From an uncultured Thermoplasmatales archaeon (GTDB lineage Archaea; Thermoplasmatota; E2; DHVEG-1), in contig CAZWYI010000008.1 of the NCBI GenBank assembly GCA_964638155.1, forward strand, positions 4,787-68,786: DNA of 64,000 nucleotides, in the 5' to 3' direction. The notes beneath the pieces are model-generated. The model was given only the letters and a program-made list of their open reading frames with translations. It did not search any database and was not told where the DNA came from. The translations under genes were made by a program, and so were the position numbers. Numbering within the stretch: the stretch's first letter is position 1; every line of letters begins with the position of its first letter. Positions 31,616 through 42,203 of the stretch are shown here, one piece after another.

Positions 31616-32017
31616 TTACTTTTTCTGTTTTTCTTTTTCTTTTTTGAGTTTCTTTGCTTTTTTTAGTTCTGCTTTTGCTTTCTTTTTTTCTAGTTTTAGC
31701 CGTTCTTTTTCAAGATCTGAATCTATTTTTTTCTTTTCTAGTTCATCATCTGAATTGTGATGATGTACCTCTACTATCTTTTTTTGTTCAGTTGTCAAAC
31801 CTGATCTATATCTATATGTTAAAAAAACAGATATTAGAGTATAAAAAACAAGGATTATACCTAACACGATTACAAATGTATCATTTATTTTTATATCTGA
31901 TAATTCAAGAAAACCTCTAGTTGCAACTAGTAATGCGAGTAATACTGATCCAGCCCATGCATGATGTCTTGATATGTCATATTTTCTTTTATATTCAGAT
32001 AAATATTTTTTGTTCAT
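31616..32017 (-). CDS. Hypothetical membrane protein
   Basis: Two TMs and a K/E-rich tail; overlaps the serS stop. Confidence 0.7.
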   Translation of the reverse strand: MNKKYLSEYKRKYDISRHHAWAGSVLLALLVATRGFLELSDIKINDTFVIVLGIILVFYTLISVFLTYRYRSGLTTEQKKIVEVHHHNSDDELEKKKIDSDLEKERLKLEKKKAKAELKKAKKLKKEKEKQKK

Positions 32018-33507
32018 AAAAACTCTATGCCCTCTGGTAGTTTATCTAAATATTTTCTAAAACCTTCTGGCCATTTATCTGGATTGATTCCTTTTTGAGA
32101 TAAAAATGCAGCTGTCCAACGCTCAAGACCAATTCCTGAGCATCCGCTCCATAATTTGCTTTTTTGTGCTTTTATATTAAATGCTTTTATGTATTTATCA
32201 CCAAGAATACTTAAGTTTTGAAACTCTAGCCATTCTGATTTTTTCCTATCACCCCGGTATGGCATATATGCCTCAAAATCTATTGTTCCAGTATCTTGTG
32301 TTCCTTTATCACCTATTTTTCCTGCCTGTTGCATATACCAGGGGGTAACCCAGGCCATACGCCATTCGAGATCAAAAATATTGTTGAACACATGTTTATA
32401 ACGATCAAGTAGTTTTTCTCTTAAATCTAACAGATGTTTGCGTGTCCCGATATACACCGGTTCTATTCTGTGGAATTCATCTACTCTTTCTATTCCATGT
32501 CTTCCACCTGATTCATATCTAGCTGATATAGCTGTGTTATCATAGACATAAACAGGCAATGATTTTTCTGAGATTGTTTTTCCTTTAAGGCTCCAATATA
32601 TAAGTGGGCATTGTGCATAACAAATACCACCTTTAGGTGAACTTAGATTTTTGTTTAACACATCTATTGGGATCTCATTTTTTATTTTTGTTATATCAAC
32701 AAAAGATTCCCATTTATCTGTATCCCTTGTTTTAGGCTCTGTTACATAATAAAATTCTCCAGGCATACCTTCCATATGGCCAGTTTTTAACCATACATCA
32801 AAAGGAACTATATTTGATTCCATTATTTCTTCAAAGCCAAGTGGTTTTAATATTTCTTCAACTGCTATTTTTTCCATGGTTTTAAGAATAGCAGCTGATT
32901 GAGCGCGATAAAACCATTTACCTTTAGTAGGGCCCTGTTTAAGCCATCCTAGTTTTATCATTCCTTCTGTTGGATCTTTTTTCCATATTTCTTTTTTTGG
33001 ACCAGATTCCCATATTAGTTTCCAAAATTCTCCTTTTCCTTCGTAGTACTGGTTTTCAATTTTTTCATGTACTCTATTTATCATTCTGTCTATGTAATTA
33101 TGTCTTAGAAACTCTTCATCAATATTTTCTATTTTCATTTCTGCTTTTTTATCTTTTGTTTCAACTGTGGCAAACGGAATACTAATTTTTTTTAAGGGTT
33201 TTTTTTCTAAATCAAAATATATTTTATAGATTGGTACTTTTATTTCCCTTACACCTATATGATATTTTTTTCCAAATTCTTTTGATATATTGTTTTTAAT
33301 TTGTAATAAAGAGTTATGCGGCCTAAAAACTCCTTCAGATATTACATTAAAAATTAAGTTATCTTTACTAGTCTTAATATCTTTTATTTTAACTGACTCA
33401 TCTTTTACAATATTTTTTTCAAAATCTAAAAGAAGATTTTTGATATCTTTTTCTATTTTTGAAACATCATCGCTGAATGTAAATTCTACTTTTAAATCAA
33501 ATTTCAT
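32014..33507 (-). CDS. serS: Methanogen-type (rare, Zn-dependent) seryl-tRNA synthetase
   Basis: CYAQCP, YESGGRHGIERVDEFHRIE, WLEFQN, WSGCSGIGLERW. Confidence 0.95.
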   Translation of the reverse strand: MKFDLKVEFTFSDDVSKIEKDIKNLLLDFEKNIVKDESVKIKDIKTSKDNLIFNVISEGVFRPHNSLLQIKNNISKEFGKKYHIGVREIKVPIYKIYFDLEKKPLKKISIPFATVETKDKKAEMKIENIDEEFLRHNYIDRMINRVHEKIENQYYEGKGEFWKLIWESGPKKEIWKKDPTEGMIKLGWLKQGPTKGKWFYRAQSAAILKTMEKIAVEEILKPLGFEEIMESNIVPFDVWLKTGHMEGMPGEFYYVTEPKTRDTDKWESFVDITKIKNEIPIDVLNKNLSSPKGGICYAQCPLIYWSLKGKTISEKSLPVYVYDNTAISARYESGGRHGIERVDEFHRIEPVYIGTRKHLLDLREKLLDRYKHVFNNIFDLEWRMAWVTPWYMQQAGKIGDKGTQDTGTIDFEAYMPYRGDRKKSEWLEFQNLSILGDKYIKAFNIKAQKSKLWSGCSGIGLERWTAAFLSQKGINPDKWPEGFRKYLDKLPEGIEFL

Positions 33508-33537
33508 ATTTTCATACCATTAATAACTAATAATTCT

Positions 33538-33771
33538 TTAACTTTTATCTAAAACTTTAAATGCAACATTCACACAGTTTAAATAATCATCAACTGTATG
33601 AAGAAGTGAAGGAATAGAATCTGTGTTGATTTCTGCCTTTAAAACTGATTTTTTTATATTTGATTTTACAAAATCAAAATCATCTACTTTTACACTTTTT
33701 AGTATTTTTTCTGCTTTTATATTTGTTTCTAAATCAATTACTAAATTACACTGTGCTTTCATATTTATCAC
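33538..33771 (-). CDS. pcc1: KEOPS subunit Pcc1
   Basis: Small size; SLLHTVDDYL; position after DHH in the S15 operon. Confidence 0.85.
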   Translation of the reverse strand: MINMKAQCNLVIDLETNIKAEKILKSVKVDDFDFVKSNIKKSVLKAEINTDSIPSLLHTVDDYLNCVNVAFKVLDKS

Positions 33772-35108
33772 TTAATTTGCTCTAATATTATTTTATTTAC
33801 TGTTTCTAGAAAATCTTTTTCTTTTTCTGAGCTAATTGTTGCGCCACTAGCTATAGCATGCCCTCCTCCGTGTCCACCTAATTTTTTTGATGCTTTTTTC
33901 ATTGCTTCTCCAAGATCTAATCCTTTTTTAACTAAATCCTGGTTTCCCCTGCATGATACATGTATCTCATCATTTTTTCTAACTATTGATATTAATGGTT
34001 TTTTTATATCAAGCATAAAATTTGTAGCAATACCACCAATTACTCCACCTATAGATGAACTATCAGTATAAAAATATCTAAAACCATCTTTTTCTTTAAA
34101 TCCTTCTTTTTCTAATCGTAAAAGTTCATTTAATATTTTTTCTTTGTATTCTCTTTCAATCTTTAAAGCCTTATCCAGTGATTTTTTATCACCCATTGCA
34201 ACTGAAAATGCTATACCACGGTTTCCACTTTTACCACATGAATCAAATAAATCTGCAAGTCTTTCTGATTCAAAATTAAATAGTTCTGTGTAATAACGAG
34301 TTCTAATTACTGTATCTAGTATATTTTTTTCACATCCTTTCTTTATTAAAAGGAGCATTAGATAGGATTGTAGTTTTTTTATTTGATCAGAAGTTAGTTC
34401 ATCAAATTTTGATTCTTTTTTAATACCAATTTTTTCAAATAATTCTTCTATATTTTTTTTATTTCCAGAAATACTACTATAATATGGATCAATTGAGTAA
34501 AATAGAGAATTGTATATATTTTCACCTGGCAGCTTTATACTTGTTTTTTGTTTGATTATATCATTTTTTATTGCTTCATCTATTATTTTTTTGTTGAATC
34601 CTCTAAAACCGCCAATGTATTGTTTATCTCCTGATGCCCCTGCTATTGCTAGAGCTGCTAGGTCAAAATTATTTTTATTAATTGTTTTTGCAAATAAATA
34701 AGCAAGTGTTGCTCCGCATGCTTCATAGTTACCATTTATACCATAATGGTTACAATTGATTTGTATAACATTTTCTTTTGTTTTTTTCTTGATTGGCTGG
34801 TGATGATCAATTATTATTGATTTAAAATCCATACGTTCAATTGAATCTATTTGACCTGATCCCATATCTGAATATATTACTAGATCATTTTCTTCTTTTG
34901 AAACTCTTTCTAGTCCTTTATCAAAAGGGTTTCTCATAAGTGTAACATGAAAATTATAGCCTTCTCTATAGAGTGAATTGCAAATTATTGCTGCAGCTGA
35001 TATTCCATCTGCATCATAATGAGAGATAACTCTAATTCTACTATTTTTAGGAATTGATTTTAAAAGTGCCACTGCTTTTTTGTTTGTTTCTTCTATTGAA
35101 TTTTTCAT
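33768..35108 (-). CDS. DHH/RecJ-like phosphoesterase
   Basis: SHYDADG, DMGSG, IDHH, GGGHAIASGA. Confidence 0.9.
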   Translation of the reverse strand: MKNSIEETNKKAVALLKSIPKNSRIRVISHYDADGISAAAIICNSLYREGYNFHVTLMRNPFDKGLERVSKEENDLVIYSDMGSGQIDSIERMDFKSIIIDHHQPIKKKTKENVIQINCNHYGINGNYEACGATLAYLFAKTINKNNFDLAALAIAGASGDKQYIGGFRGFNKKIIDEAIKNDIIKQKTSIKLPGENIYNSLFYSIDPYYSSISGNKKNIEELFEKIGIKKESKFDELTSDQIKKLQSYLMLLLIKKGCEKNILDTVIRTRYYTELFNFESERLADLFDSCGKSGNRGIAFSVAMGDKKSLDKALKIEREYKEKILNELLRLEKEGFKEKDGFRYFYTDSSSIGGVIGGIATNFMLDIKKPLISIVRKNDEIHVSCRGNQDLVKKGLDLGEAMKKASKKLGGHGGGHAIASGATISSEKEKDFLETVNKIILEQIK

Positions 35109-35175
35109 CTTTTAAGAGCGTAATAGGAAATGTTTTATAAATAATACAGGTTATTAAAAAGTTGGAGAGAAAGAT

Positions 35176-35742
35176 ATGGTAAAATATTGTCCATATTGTG
35201 GAAGAAATATGCCTGATGATGCTAGAATTTGTCCTTATTGTAATAAAATGCTAGGTCTTCATGAAGGAATTTCACAAAAACCATACACTAGCACACCAGA
35301 GAAGAAAGACAAAACAGTATTAATTATTGCAGTAGTATTAGTAGTCATATTAATTCTACCTGTAGCTATTGCTGCAACTGTTTATGTATATTTTAGTAAT
35401 ATGCTTGAGGATAGCTCAGAAGGACTTGCGTTAGCACCAATGATAAATATTCAAGTTAAAGAACATAGTAAAAATAACGCCACTATATCTGTATCATATA
35501 TTGACAAAGAAAACATATTATGGAGTACTTTAGAATTTGAAATAAAAGATATGGATGACAACGAAAAATTAGAAGAAAATATCAATTATACAATTTACAA
35601 ACCAAATGGACATATAGAAACAGGAGATGAAATTGAGTTAAAAGGAATCAAACCGGAATTCGAAGAAAATCATCAATATAGATTGACTATGATTTATATT
35701 CCAACAGATAGTATAATAATGGTACGTAATTGGGTTCAATAA
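35176..35742 (+). CDS. Zn-ribbon + TM + extracellular domain protein with a pilin-like helix
   Basis: CPYC...CPYC; VAIAATVYVYFSNM resembles archaeal pilin N-terminal helices. Confidence 0.7.
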   Translation: MVKYCPYCGRNMPDDARICPYCNKMLGLHEGISQKPYTSTPEKKDKTVLIIAVVLVVILILPVAIAATVYVYFSNMLEDSSEGLALAPMINIQVKEHSKNNATISVSYIDKENILWSTLEFEIKDMDDNEKLEENINYTIYKPNGHIETGDEIELKGIKPEFEENHQYRLTMIYIPTDSIIMVRNWVQ

Positions 35743-35759
35743 AAAATAATAGGTTGATT

Positions 35760-36218
35760 TTACTCAAACATCAATTTTGCCTGTTTTGCACTATATTTCC
35801 ATTTTTCTGGGAGAACATTATTATCCTTATAGTATTTAACAAGCCTTCTTATTTTTGATTCTGTTAGTTGAAGATTTCTTTTGTTTTCAAGGTCTTTTTT
35901 ATTTGTATCAAGATGTTTTCTCAACTGCAAAGCTCTGCTTATCAAGTTTTTTAAATCCTCTGGTATGTCTGATTTTAGATTGTTGCTTCCAAGGATTTTA
36001 TTAATCTTTTTACCAGTAGCTATTTTTACATCGGGTACTGCATATTGATCTCGTAGTATCATACCTATTTCACTAGTACTGTGTCCTTTTTTTGCAAGTT
36101 CTATTACATGTGCTTCGACTTCGCGAGGGTTTAAACTGCTCCAATCTGGATGAGTTTTTCTTTTTGCAGGATGTTTTGAACCTGCTTTTCCTCTTCTTCG
36201 TGCATGTATTCGCGCCAT
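35760..36218 (-). CDS. rps15: 30S ribosomal protein S15
   Basis: MARIHARRRGKAGS, LQLTESKIRRLVKYYK. Confidence 0.97.
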   Translation of the reverse strand: MARIHARRRGKAGSKHPAKRKTHPDWSSLNPREVEAHVIELAKKGHSTSEIGMILRDQYAVPDVKIATGKKINKILGSNNLKSDIPEDLKNLISRALQLRKHLDTNKKDLENKRNLQLTESKIRRLVKYYKDNNVLPEKWKYSAKQAKLMFE

Positions 36219-36338
36219 ATTATTTCTCCATGATATAATTAGTAGAGTAGAAAGTGTATATAGTTATGATATTTAAATCTAAAGGTATCATTTTTTTATT
36301 ATAACTCTTTCAAAAAATAAAAAGATTTAGTTAAAAAA

Positions 36339-37451
36339 TTATTTAACCTTTTTAAACTTTGAGCCAAGTTTTTTCATAACCTTTGGAAGGGTTGTATATT
36401 CCATATCTTCCATAGGCAACCTATGTGGCTCAAATGGACCGTGACGTCTCATATAATCCATAATTTCTTGAGATTTCTTCCTTGTTATATCAAATGCTGG
36501 ATCAGCAAATAGATCAACTGGCTCGGTAATTTTACCTTGCTTTAGCTGAAAACCAAGAGCAGTAACTCTTGGTGGACCATCAAAACGAGTACATTGTGCA
36601 TCTTCAACAGACACAGGCATCAAAGGACCATTATGGCTTCCACGCATCCAACCAGATACCAAGTGACCTAGTGAAAATGCTTCAAGTATTTCACCAACAG
36701 CCGGTAGACCGCTCTGACCACGTACTACTGCAACTGGATCATCTTTTCCAACATATTCTCCAGCTATCTGATAGAGTTTTTCAGAGGATATAGCTGATAC
36801 TGGTTCAGTTGATGGAAGTTTTGAAGATTTCTTTGGAAATACTCTTTTAATTACAAAACGAGATTTCGCACCAATAAGTGCAAGAAGATCATACATATCC
36901 TCAGGAGTGTTAAGCATGACACTTTTATGTTCTAAAATATCCAATACTTCAAAAGTGAAACCATCATGAAGAGAAGGATCAATAATTAATCCAGCTGTGT
37001 TAAATGGATCTGCAAACATTTTAAAGATAGGAAAATTAAAAGCACCAGGCTCAGTTTTATCCATAAAAAAACAAATCACCGGCTCTGCTTTTCTTTCTGT
37101 AAATTCTATTTCAGCAATACCTGGACCCATACCACGGACATTTCCTGAAAAAGCATCACATAAAAGATCTTGTCCTGCTCCATATAATCCAAGGTCACGT
37201 GCCTTTTCTGTTGCTTCACAAAATGTATCCCAAGCAAGACTATGAATTTCTTTTGCATCCACACCGTTTTTATGAGTCATTACTAGTTCCAAGTCATCCC
37301 CACAATGCGTCACATGAAAATCTTTTATTAATTTGTCACGTTTTGCATCAATTAATTTACGATTTGCAATATCTTCTAAATCAGGGTGAACAAGTGCATG
37401 TCCCGGCCAACCGCCAACATCTGCCTTTATTATACTGAATGTAGTTTTCAT
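36339..37451 (-). CDS. fbp: Bifunctional fructose-1,6-bisphosphate aldolase/phosphatase
   Basis: KADVGG, DKTEPG, YVGKDDP, GWMRGSH, EYTTLP. Confidence 0.97.
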   Translation of the reverse strand: MKTTFSIIKADVGGWPGHALVHPDLEDIANRKLIDAKRDKLIKDFHVTHCGDDLELVMTHKNGVDAKEIHSLAWDTFCEATEKARDLGLYGAGQDLLCDAFSGNVRGMGPGIAEIEFTERKAEPVICFFMDKTEPGAFNFPIFKMFADPFNTAGLIIDPSLHDGFTFEVLDILEHKSVMLNTPEDMYDLLALIGAKSRFVIKRVFPKKSSKLPSTEPVSAISSEKLYQIAGEYVGKDDPVAVVRGQSGLPAVGEILEAFSLGHLVSGWMRGSHNGPLMPVSVEDAQCTRFDGPPRVTALGFQLKQGKITEPVDLFADPAFDITRKKSQEIMDYMRRHGPFEPHRLPMEDMEYTTLPKVMKKLGSKFKKVK

Positions 37452-37583
37452 AATTTTAGAACCTCCCTATGATAGGTAACTGTTTTCATGGTATGTATAT
37501 TATATTTATAAATCATTTGGAAGAAATTATCAGTAAAATATATATTTTACTCCTAGTTTGCAACTAAATACAGTGAGGAAAAA

Positions 37584-39077
37584 ATGACCATAAAAATATA
37601 CAATACACTTTCACGTAAAAAAGAAGAATTTAAACCGGTTAATAAAAACAAAGTTAAAATGTATGTATGTGGAATGACAGTTTATTCTGATGCGCACATC
37701 GGTCATGCTCGTACATATTTTGCTTTTGATATGATTAGACGTTATTTTGAATACAAAGGATATGATGTAAATTATATCCAAAATATTACAGATGTTGATG
37801 ATAAGATAATTAATGCTGCAAACAAAAAAGGCGTTGATCCACTGGAATACTCAAAAAAATTTGCAGATCGATGCCTAAAAGATCTTGATAATCTTGGTAT
37901 TAGAAGAGCCGATAAATATCCAAAGGCCTCAGAAACTATTCCTGAAATGATAGAGATGACCAAAAAAATAATTGAAAAAGGCTATGGTTATGAGGCAGAT
38001 GGAGATGTATATTTTTCTGTTGAAAAATTTAAAGATTACGGTAAACTCTCTGGTCAAAAACTAGAGGACCTTATGACTGGTGCTAGAATAGAGCCAGAGG
38101 ATAAGAAAAAAAATCCTTATGATTTTGCGCTTTGGAAAAGTGTAAAGCCAGGTGAACCAAGCTGGGATAGCCCATGGGGAAAAGGTAGACCTGGTTGGCA
38201 TATAGAGTGCTCTAGCATGAGTTCTAAATTCCTTGGCCTTCCATTTGATATACATGGAGGCGGAATGGATCTTCGTTTTCCACATCATGAAAATGAAATC
38301 GCGCAAGCAGAAGCTGCAACCGGTAAAAATTTTGCAAATTTTTGGATGCACATAGGTCTTCTAACTGTTGAAGGAGAGAAGATGAGTAAATCAATTGGAA
38401 ATATTATTAATATTAAAGATCTTTTAAAAGAATGGAATCCAGAAATAATCAGGTTTTTTTATGCCCAAGCCCATTATCGTAGTCCGCCTGATTTTAGCAA
38501 CAAAGGACTTGAAAACTCAAAGAAAGGCCTTGAAAGGATATACCGAGTTAAAGAAAAACTTGAAAAAAATGCAAAAGAGGAAAAATTTGATCCTAAAAAA
38601 TTATTTAGCTTGGAAAAACAGTATCTCAAAGATATAACAGATTTTAAAAATAATTTTGAAAAGGCTATGGATGATGACTTTAACAGCCCACAGGCTGTAG
38701 GTGTGTTATTTGATTTTGTAAATAATACAAATAGATATTTTGAAAAAACAAAAACACCTCATCGGGGAATATGCAATTATTCTCTAAATACCCTTTTAAA
38801 ACTAGGGAATATTCTAACTTTATTTCAATCGAAAAAACAAGAAAAAACTGAGGATGACAAAGAACTAAAAAATGATTTAGAAAAAGTTGCCGGCAAATAT
38901 GTAACAGATTTTAAGGGAAAAACTATTGAAGAGTTAATGAATATTCTCCTTGAGGCTAGGGAGAAAGCCAGACGTGAAAAAAAATGGGATACATCAGATA
39001 ACATTCGTGATGATTTGAAGGAAGTAGGATTTGAAATACAGGATACAGATGAGGGTCCTGTATGGAGAAGAAAATAA
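37584..39077 (+). CDS. cysS: Cysteinyl-tRNA synthetase
   Basis: CGMTVY, HIGH, PGWHIECS, HHENE, KMSKS. Confidence 0.98.
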   Translation: MTIKIYNTLSRKKEEFKPVNKNKVKMYVCGMTVYSDAHIGHARTYFAFDMIRRYFEYKGYDVNYIQNITDVDDKIINAANKKGVDPLEYSKKFADRCLKDLDNLGIRRADKYPKASETIPEMIEMTKKIIEKGYGYEADGDVYFSVEKFKDYGKLSGQKLEDLMTGARIEPEDKKKNPYDFALWKSVKPGEPSWDSPWGKGRPGWHIECSSMSSKFLGLPFDIHGGGMDLRFPHHENEIAQAEAATGKNFANFWMHIGLLTVEGEKMSKSIGNIINIKDLLKEWNPEIIRFFYAQAHYRSPPDFSNKGLENSKKGLERIYRVKEKLEKNAKEEKFDPKKLFSLEKQYLKDITDFKNNFEKAMDDDFNSPQAVGVLFDFVNNTNRYFEKTKTPHRGICNYSLNTLLKLGNILTLFQSKKQEKTEDDKELKNDLEKVAGKYVTDFKGKTIEELMNILLEAREKARREKKWDTSDNIRDDLKEVGFEIQDTDEGPVWRRK

Positions 39078-39080
39078 TTT

Positions 39081-39488
39081 ATGAGAAAGATACTTGTAGG
39101 TTTTGATGGTTCTGAGGGATCAGAACAGGCTCTTAACAGAGCTATGATGATTCTTTATGAGTATGGGCAGCTTATTTTACTTGCTGTTATACCAACTCCT
39201 GGAAAACAATCTTTTTTTGATGAGGAAGCATATAAAAAACTTAGAAAAAAAGCAGATATTTTGATTTCTAATACCATTGATGACCTTGGAGAGCAAAGTT
39301 TTGAAATAAAGGGGATTGTTGAAGAAGGTGATCCTGCAGCAAAAATTATTGATACCTCAAACCGGTTGGATGTTGATTTAATTGTTTTAGGTAGCAAAGG
39401 TAAAAGTGAGCTTGGCCATTATCTTATCGGTAGTGTAGCAAATAAAGTAGTTCAGTATGCTCATAAACCTGTTATGGTTGTAAGATAA
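39081..39488 (+). CDS. Universal stress protein
   Basis: ILVGFDGS, GDPA, IVLGSKG, IGSVANKV. Confidence 0.92.
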   Translation: MRKILVGFDGSEGSEQALNRAMMILYEYGQLILLAVIPTPGKQSFFDEEAYKKLRKKADILISNTIDDLGEQSFEIKGIVEEGDPAAKIIDTSNRLDVDLIVLGSKGKSELGHYLIGSVANKVVQYAHKPVMVVR

Positions 39489-39495
39489 AAAAAGT

Positions 39496-40083
39496 TTATT
39501 TTCCTCTACCTTTTTTAGCAGCAATACTGGGTCTAACTTTTTCAGCACCTTTTCCTTTATGTCTTAGACCTCTTCCTTTCTTTCCAGCACTAGTTTTTCC
39601 ACGTAGAACACGTCTTTTATGTTTTACATTTGAAATCCATTTTATATTTTTATCTTTCATAATTGCTGGATGAACTGGATCAACAAAGATTATTTCATAA
39701 AAATGATGTTTACCATCTTTTCCAACAGGATATGAATTTAATACATCCATATTTGGATATTTTTTAGCTGCTCTTTCCTCTGCAATTCTCTGAGTATTTT
39801 TCGCCATTGTAATTTTCTTTATACCTTTCTTTGATGGAACTCTACCACCCTTGATAGTATGTTTTCTAAGTCCGCCACGTCTTACTCTAGATCTAACTAC
39901 AACATATCCTGGTTTTGCTTTGTATCCAAGAGATCTTGCTCTGTCTATTCTTGTGGGTCTATTGACTCTTGTAAAGTTTTCTTCTTTTCTCCACTGTATC
40001 ATTCTTTTTTGCTGTGGAGATTGATATGAAGTATCTGGTTTTTTCCATTGTTCTGAAAGGTGTTCATACATGCTTTTTACCAT
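39496..40083 (-). CDS. rpl15e: 50S ribosomal protein L15e
   Basis: PTRIDRARSLGYKAK, RGKTSAGKKGRGL. Confidence 0.97.
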   Translation of the reverse strand: MVKSMYEHLSEQWKKPDTSYQSPQQKRMIQWRKEENFTRVNRPTRIDRARSLGYKAKPGYVVVRSRVRRGGLRKHTIKGGRVPSKKGIKKITMAKNTQRIAEERAAKKYPNMDVLNSYPVGKDGKHHFYEIIFVDPVHPAIMKDKNIKWISNVKHKRRVLRGKTSAGKKGRGLRHKGKGAEKVRPSIAAKKGRGK

Positions 40084-40219
40084 AATTTCACCTGTTAAGT
40101 ATAACTTGATAGGAGCAATAGGAAGTGTGTTCTTTATTTAAAAGTTTTGTTACCACATTTTTTTATGTTACTAAAGTTTATAAGAGAATTTGTATTTTGG
40201 AAAATCCGGGAATTTACTT

Positions 40220-41527
40220 ATGGATCATATGTTTAACCCTAAAATCGAGAAGATATCAAGAAAAAAACTTAAAGAAATTCAGTTAAAAAGACTAAGAGAA
40301 ACCGTCCATCTTGTATATGATAATGTACCATTCTACAAAAAGAAATTCAAAGAAAAAGGAATTACTCCAGACGATATCAAAACTCTTGATGATATAACAA
40401 AACTTCCTCTTACAACTAAAGACGACTTACGAGATAACGCACCATATGGCATGATGGCAACTAGTCTTGATAACTGCATTGAAATGCATGCATCAAGTGG
40501 TACTACAGGAATTCCAGTTACTGCATGCTACACAAGAAACGATATGGCTGTATGGGCAGAAGTTATGGCACGGTGCCTTGCGATGTCTGGGCTATCTAAA
40601 AAAGATATTTTCCAAAACCCTATACCCTATGGTACTTTTACTGGGGCTTTTGGTTTTCATTATGGTGCACAAAAGGTTGGTGCTATGGTAATTCCTTCTG
40701 GAAAAGGTCAGTCTGAAAGACAATTGAAACTAATGGATTATTATGGTACAACCTTTGTAAGTGGCGTTGCCTCATATATCCTGCGTCTTTCGCAAGTTGC
40801 AAAAAATATGGGTCTTGATCCTAAAAAGGATTTAAAAGTGAGAAACGGTCTTTTTGGCGCTGAAATGTTTACTAAGGGCCTAAAAAAACGTATTGAGGAT
40901 ACTTGGGATATGGATGTCCATGATATCTATGGTCTAACTGAAATGTGTGGACCAGGTGTTTCTACTGATTGTGATGAGCATAACGGTCTTCATCTATGGG
41001 AAGATCATTTCTACATTGAAATTCTTGATCCAATAACACTTGAACCAGTTGAACCTGAAGAAGAAGGTGAAATTGTTCTTACTACTCTTTCAAAAACTGG
41101 TATGTCTCTTCTTCGTTATAGAACACGGGATCTAGCTAAAATTTTTGACGAAAAAGTATGTGACTGCGGTAGAACCCATGTAAAACATACTCCAATTAAA
41201 GCCCGTAGTGATGACATGTTGATAATACGTGGAACAAATATTTACCCTGGTCAAATCGAATCAGCTATTATGAAAGATCCAAAGGTTGGAAACAACTGGA
41301 GAATGATTATCAATACTGATAAAAATGACATGGATCAACTAACTGTTGAAGTTGAAACAAAGAAACTATTAAGTAAAGTAGACAAGGAAAAACTAGAAAA
41401 CAAACTAGAAAATGATATTAAACAAGTAATTGTTTTTACACCTACTGTATCTATACTTCCGCCTAATGGTATAGAACAAAAAGGCCTGAAGGCAAAACGG
41501 GTAATTGATAATAGAAAAAAGGAATGA
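40220..41527 (+). CDS. paaK: Phenylacetate-CoA ligase family protein
   Basis: HASSGTTG, YGLTEMCGPG, RYRTRD, RSDDMLIIRGTN. Confidence 0.9.
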   Translation: MDHMFNPKIEKISRKKLKEIQLKRLRETVHLVYDNVPFYKKKFKEKGITPDDIKTLDDITKLPLTTKDDLRDNAPYGMMATSLDNCIEMHASSGTTGIPVTACYTRNDMAVWAEVMARCLAMSGLSKKDIFQNPIPYGTFTGAFGFHYGAQKVGAMVIPSGKGQSERQLKLMDYYGTTFVSGVASYILRLSQVAKNMGLDPKKDLKVRNGLFGAEMFTKGLKKRIEDTWDMDVHDIYGLTEMCGPGVSTDCDEHNGLHLWEDHFYIEILDPITLEPVEPEEEGEIVLTTLSKTGMSLLRYRTRDLAKIFDEKVCDCGRTHVKHTPIKARSDDMLIIRGTNIYPGQIESAIMKDPKVGNNWRMIINTDKNDMDQLTVEVETKKLLSKVDKEKLENKLENDIKQVIVFTPTVSILPPNGIEQKGLKAKRVIDNRKKE

Positions 41528-41531
41528 AAAA

Positions 41532-42203
41532 ATGAAAGATAATGTTAAAAAGTTGATACGTAAAAATGGCGCTCTTTCAGAAAAAGAAGTAAAAGACCTG
41601 CTTAGTGAGTATAATATTAAAACAACTAAATACAAGATTGTGAAAAAAGAAAGTGATATCAAGGATCTTGATTTAAAATTTCCAGTTGCCTTAAAGGTCT
41701 GTAGTAGTAAAATTCTTCATAAAACAGATGTGGGTGGAGTAAAATTAAATATTAAAAATAGTGAAGAACTTAAAAAAGAATTTAAGAAATTTAAAAAGAA
41801 ATTTCCAAAAGAAGATTTACTTGTAGACCAAATGGCAAAAAAAGGTGTTGAAGTAATCATAGGTTTAGTAAAGGATCCTACTTTTGGCCTAACTATTATG
41901 GTAGGTGTAGGAGGAATATATACTGAACTCTATAAAGATGTAAGTTTTAGAGTAATCCCCTTGATGAATAAGAATTCAGCTGAAGAAATGCTTAACGAAA
42001 TAAAGGGGAAAAAACTTTTAGAAGGGTTTCGTAATACGAAGGCAGATAAAAAACAGGTAATAAATTTATTAATGAAGGTATCAAAAATCGGGGAGGAACT
42101 TATGGATCGAATCGATCAAATGGATCTCAATCCGGTTTTTGTATATGAAAATAATTATTGTGTTGTTGATGCAAAACTTATATTAAAAAAAGGTGAAAAA
42201 TAA
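41532..42203 (+). CDS. ADP-forming acyl-CoA synthetase beta subunit (ATP-grasp)
   Basis: [33 protein letters not shown]. Confidence 0.9.
   Translation: MKDNVKKLIRKNGALSEKEVKDLLSEYNIKTTKYKIVKKESDIKDLDLKFPVALKVCSSKILHKTDVGGVKLNIKNSEELKKEFKKFKKKFPKEDLLVDQMAKKGVEVIIGLVKDPTFGLTIMVGVGGIYTELYKDVSFRVIPLMNKNSAEEMLNEIKGKKLLEGFRNTKADKKQVINLLMKVSKIGEELMDRIDQMDLNPVFVYENNYCVVDAKLILKKGEK

Noticed and set aside
42100-42203. SAH/SAM riboswitch ahead of ahcY
   Set aside because: ahcY overlaps the upstream stop codon, so there is no leader.
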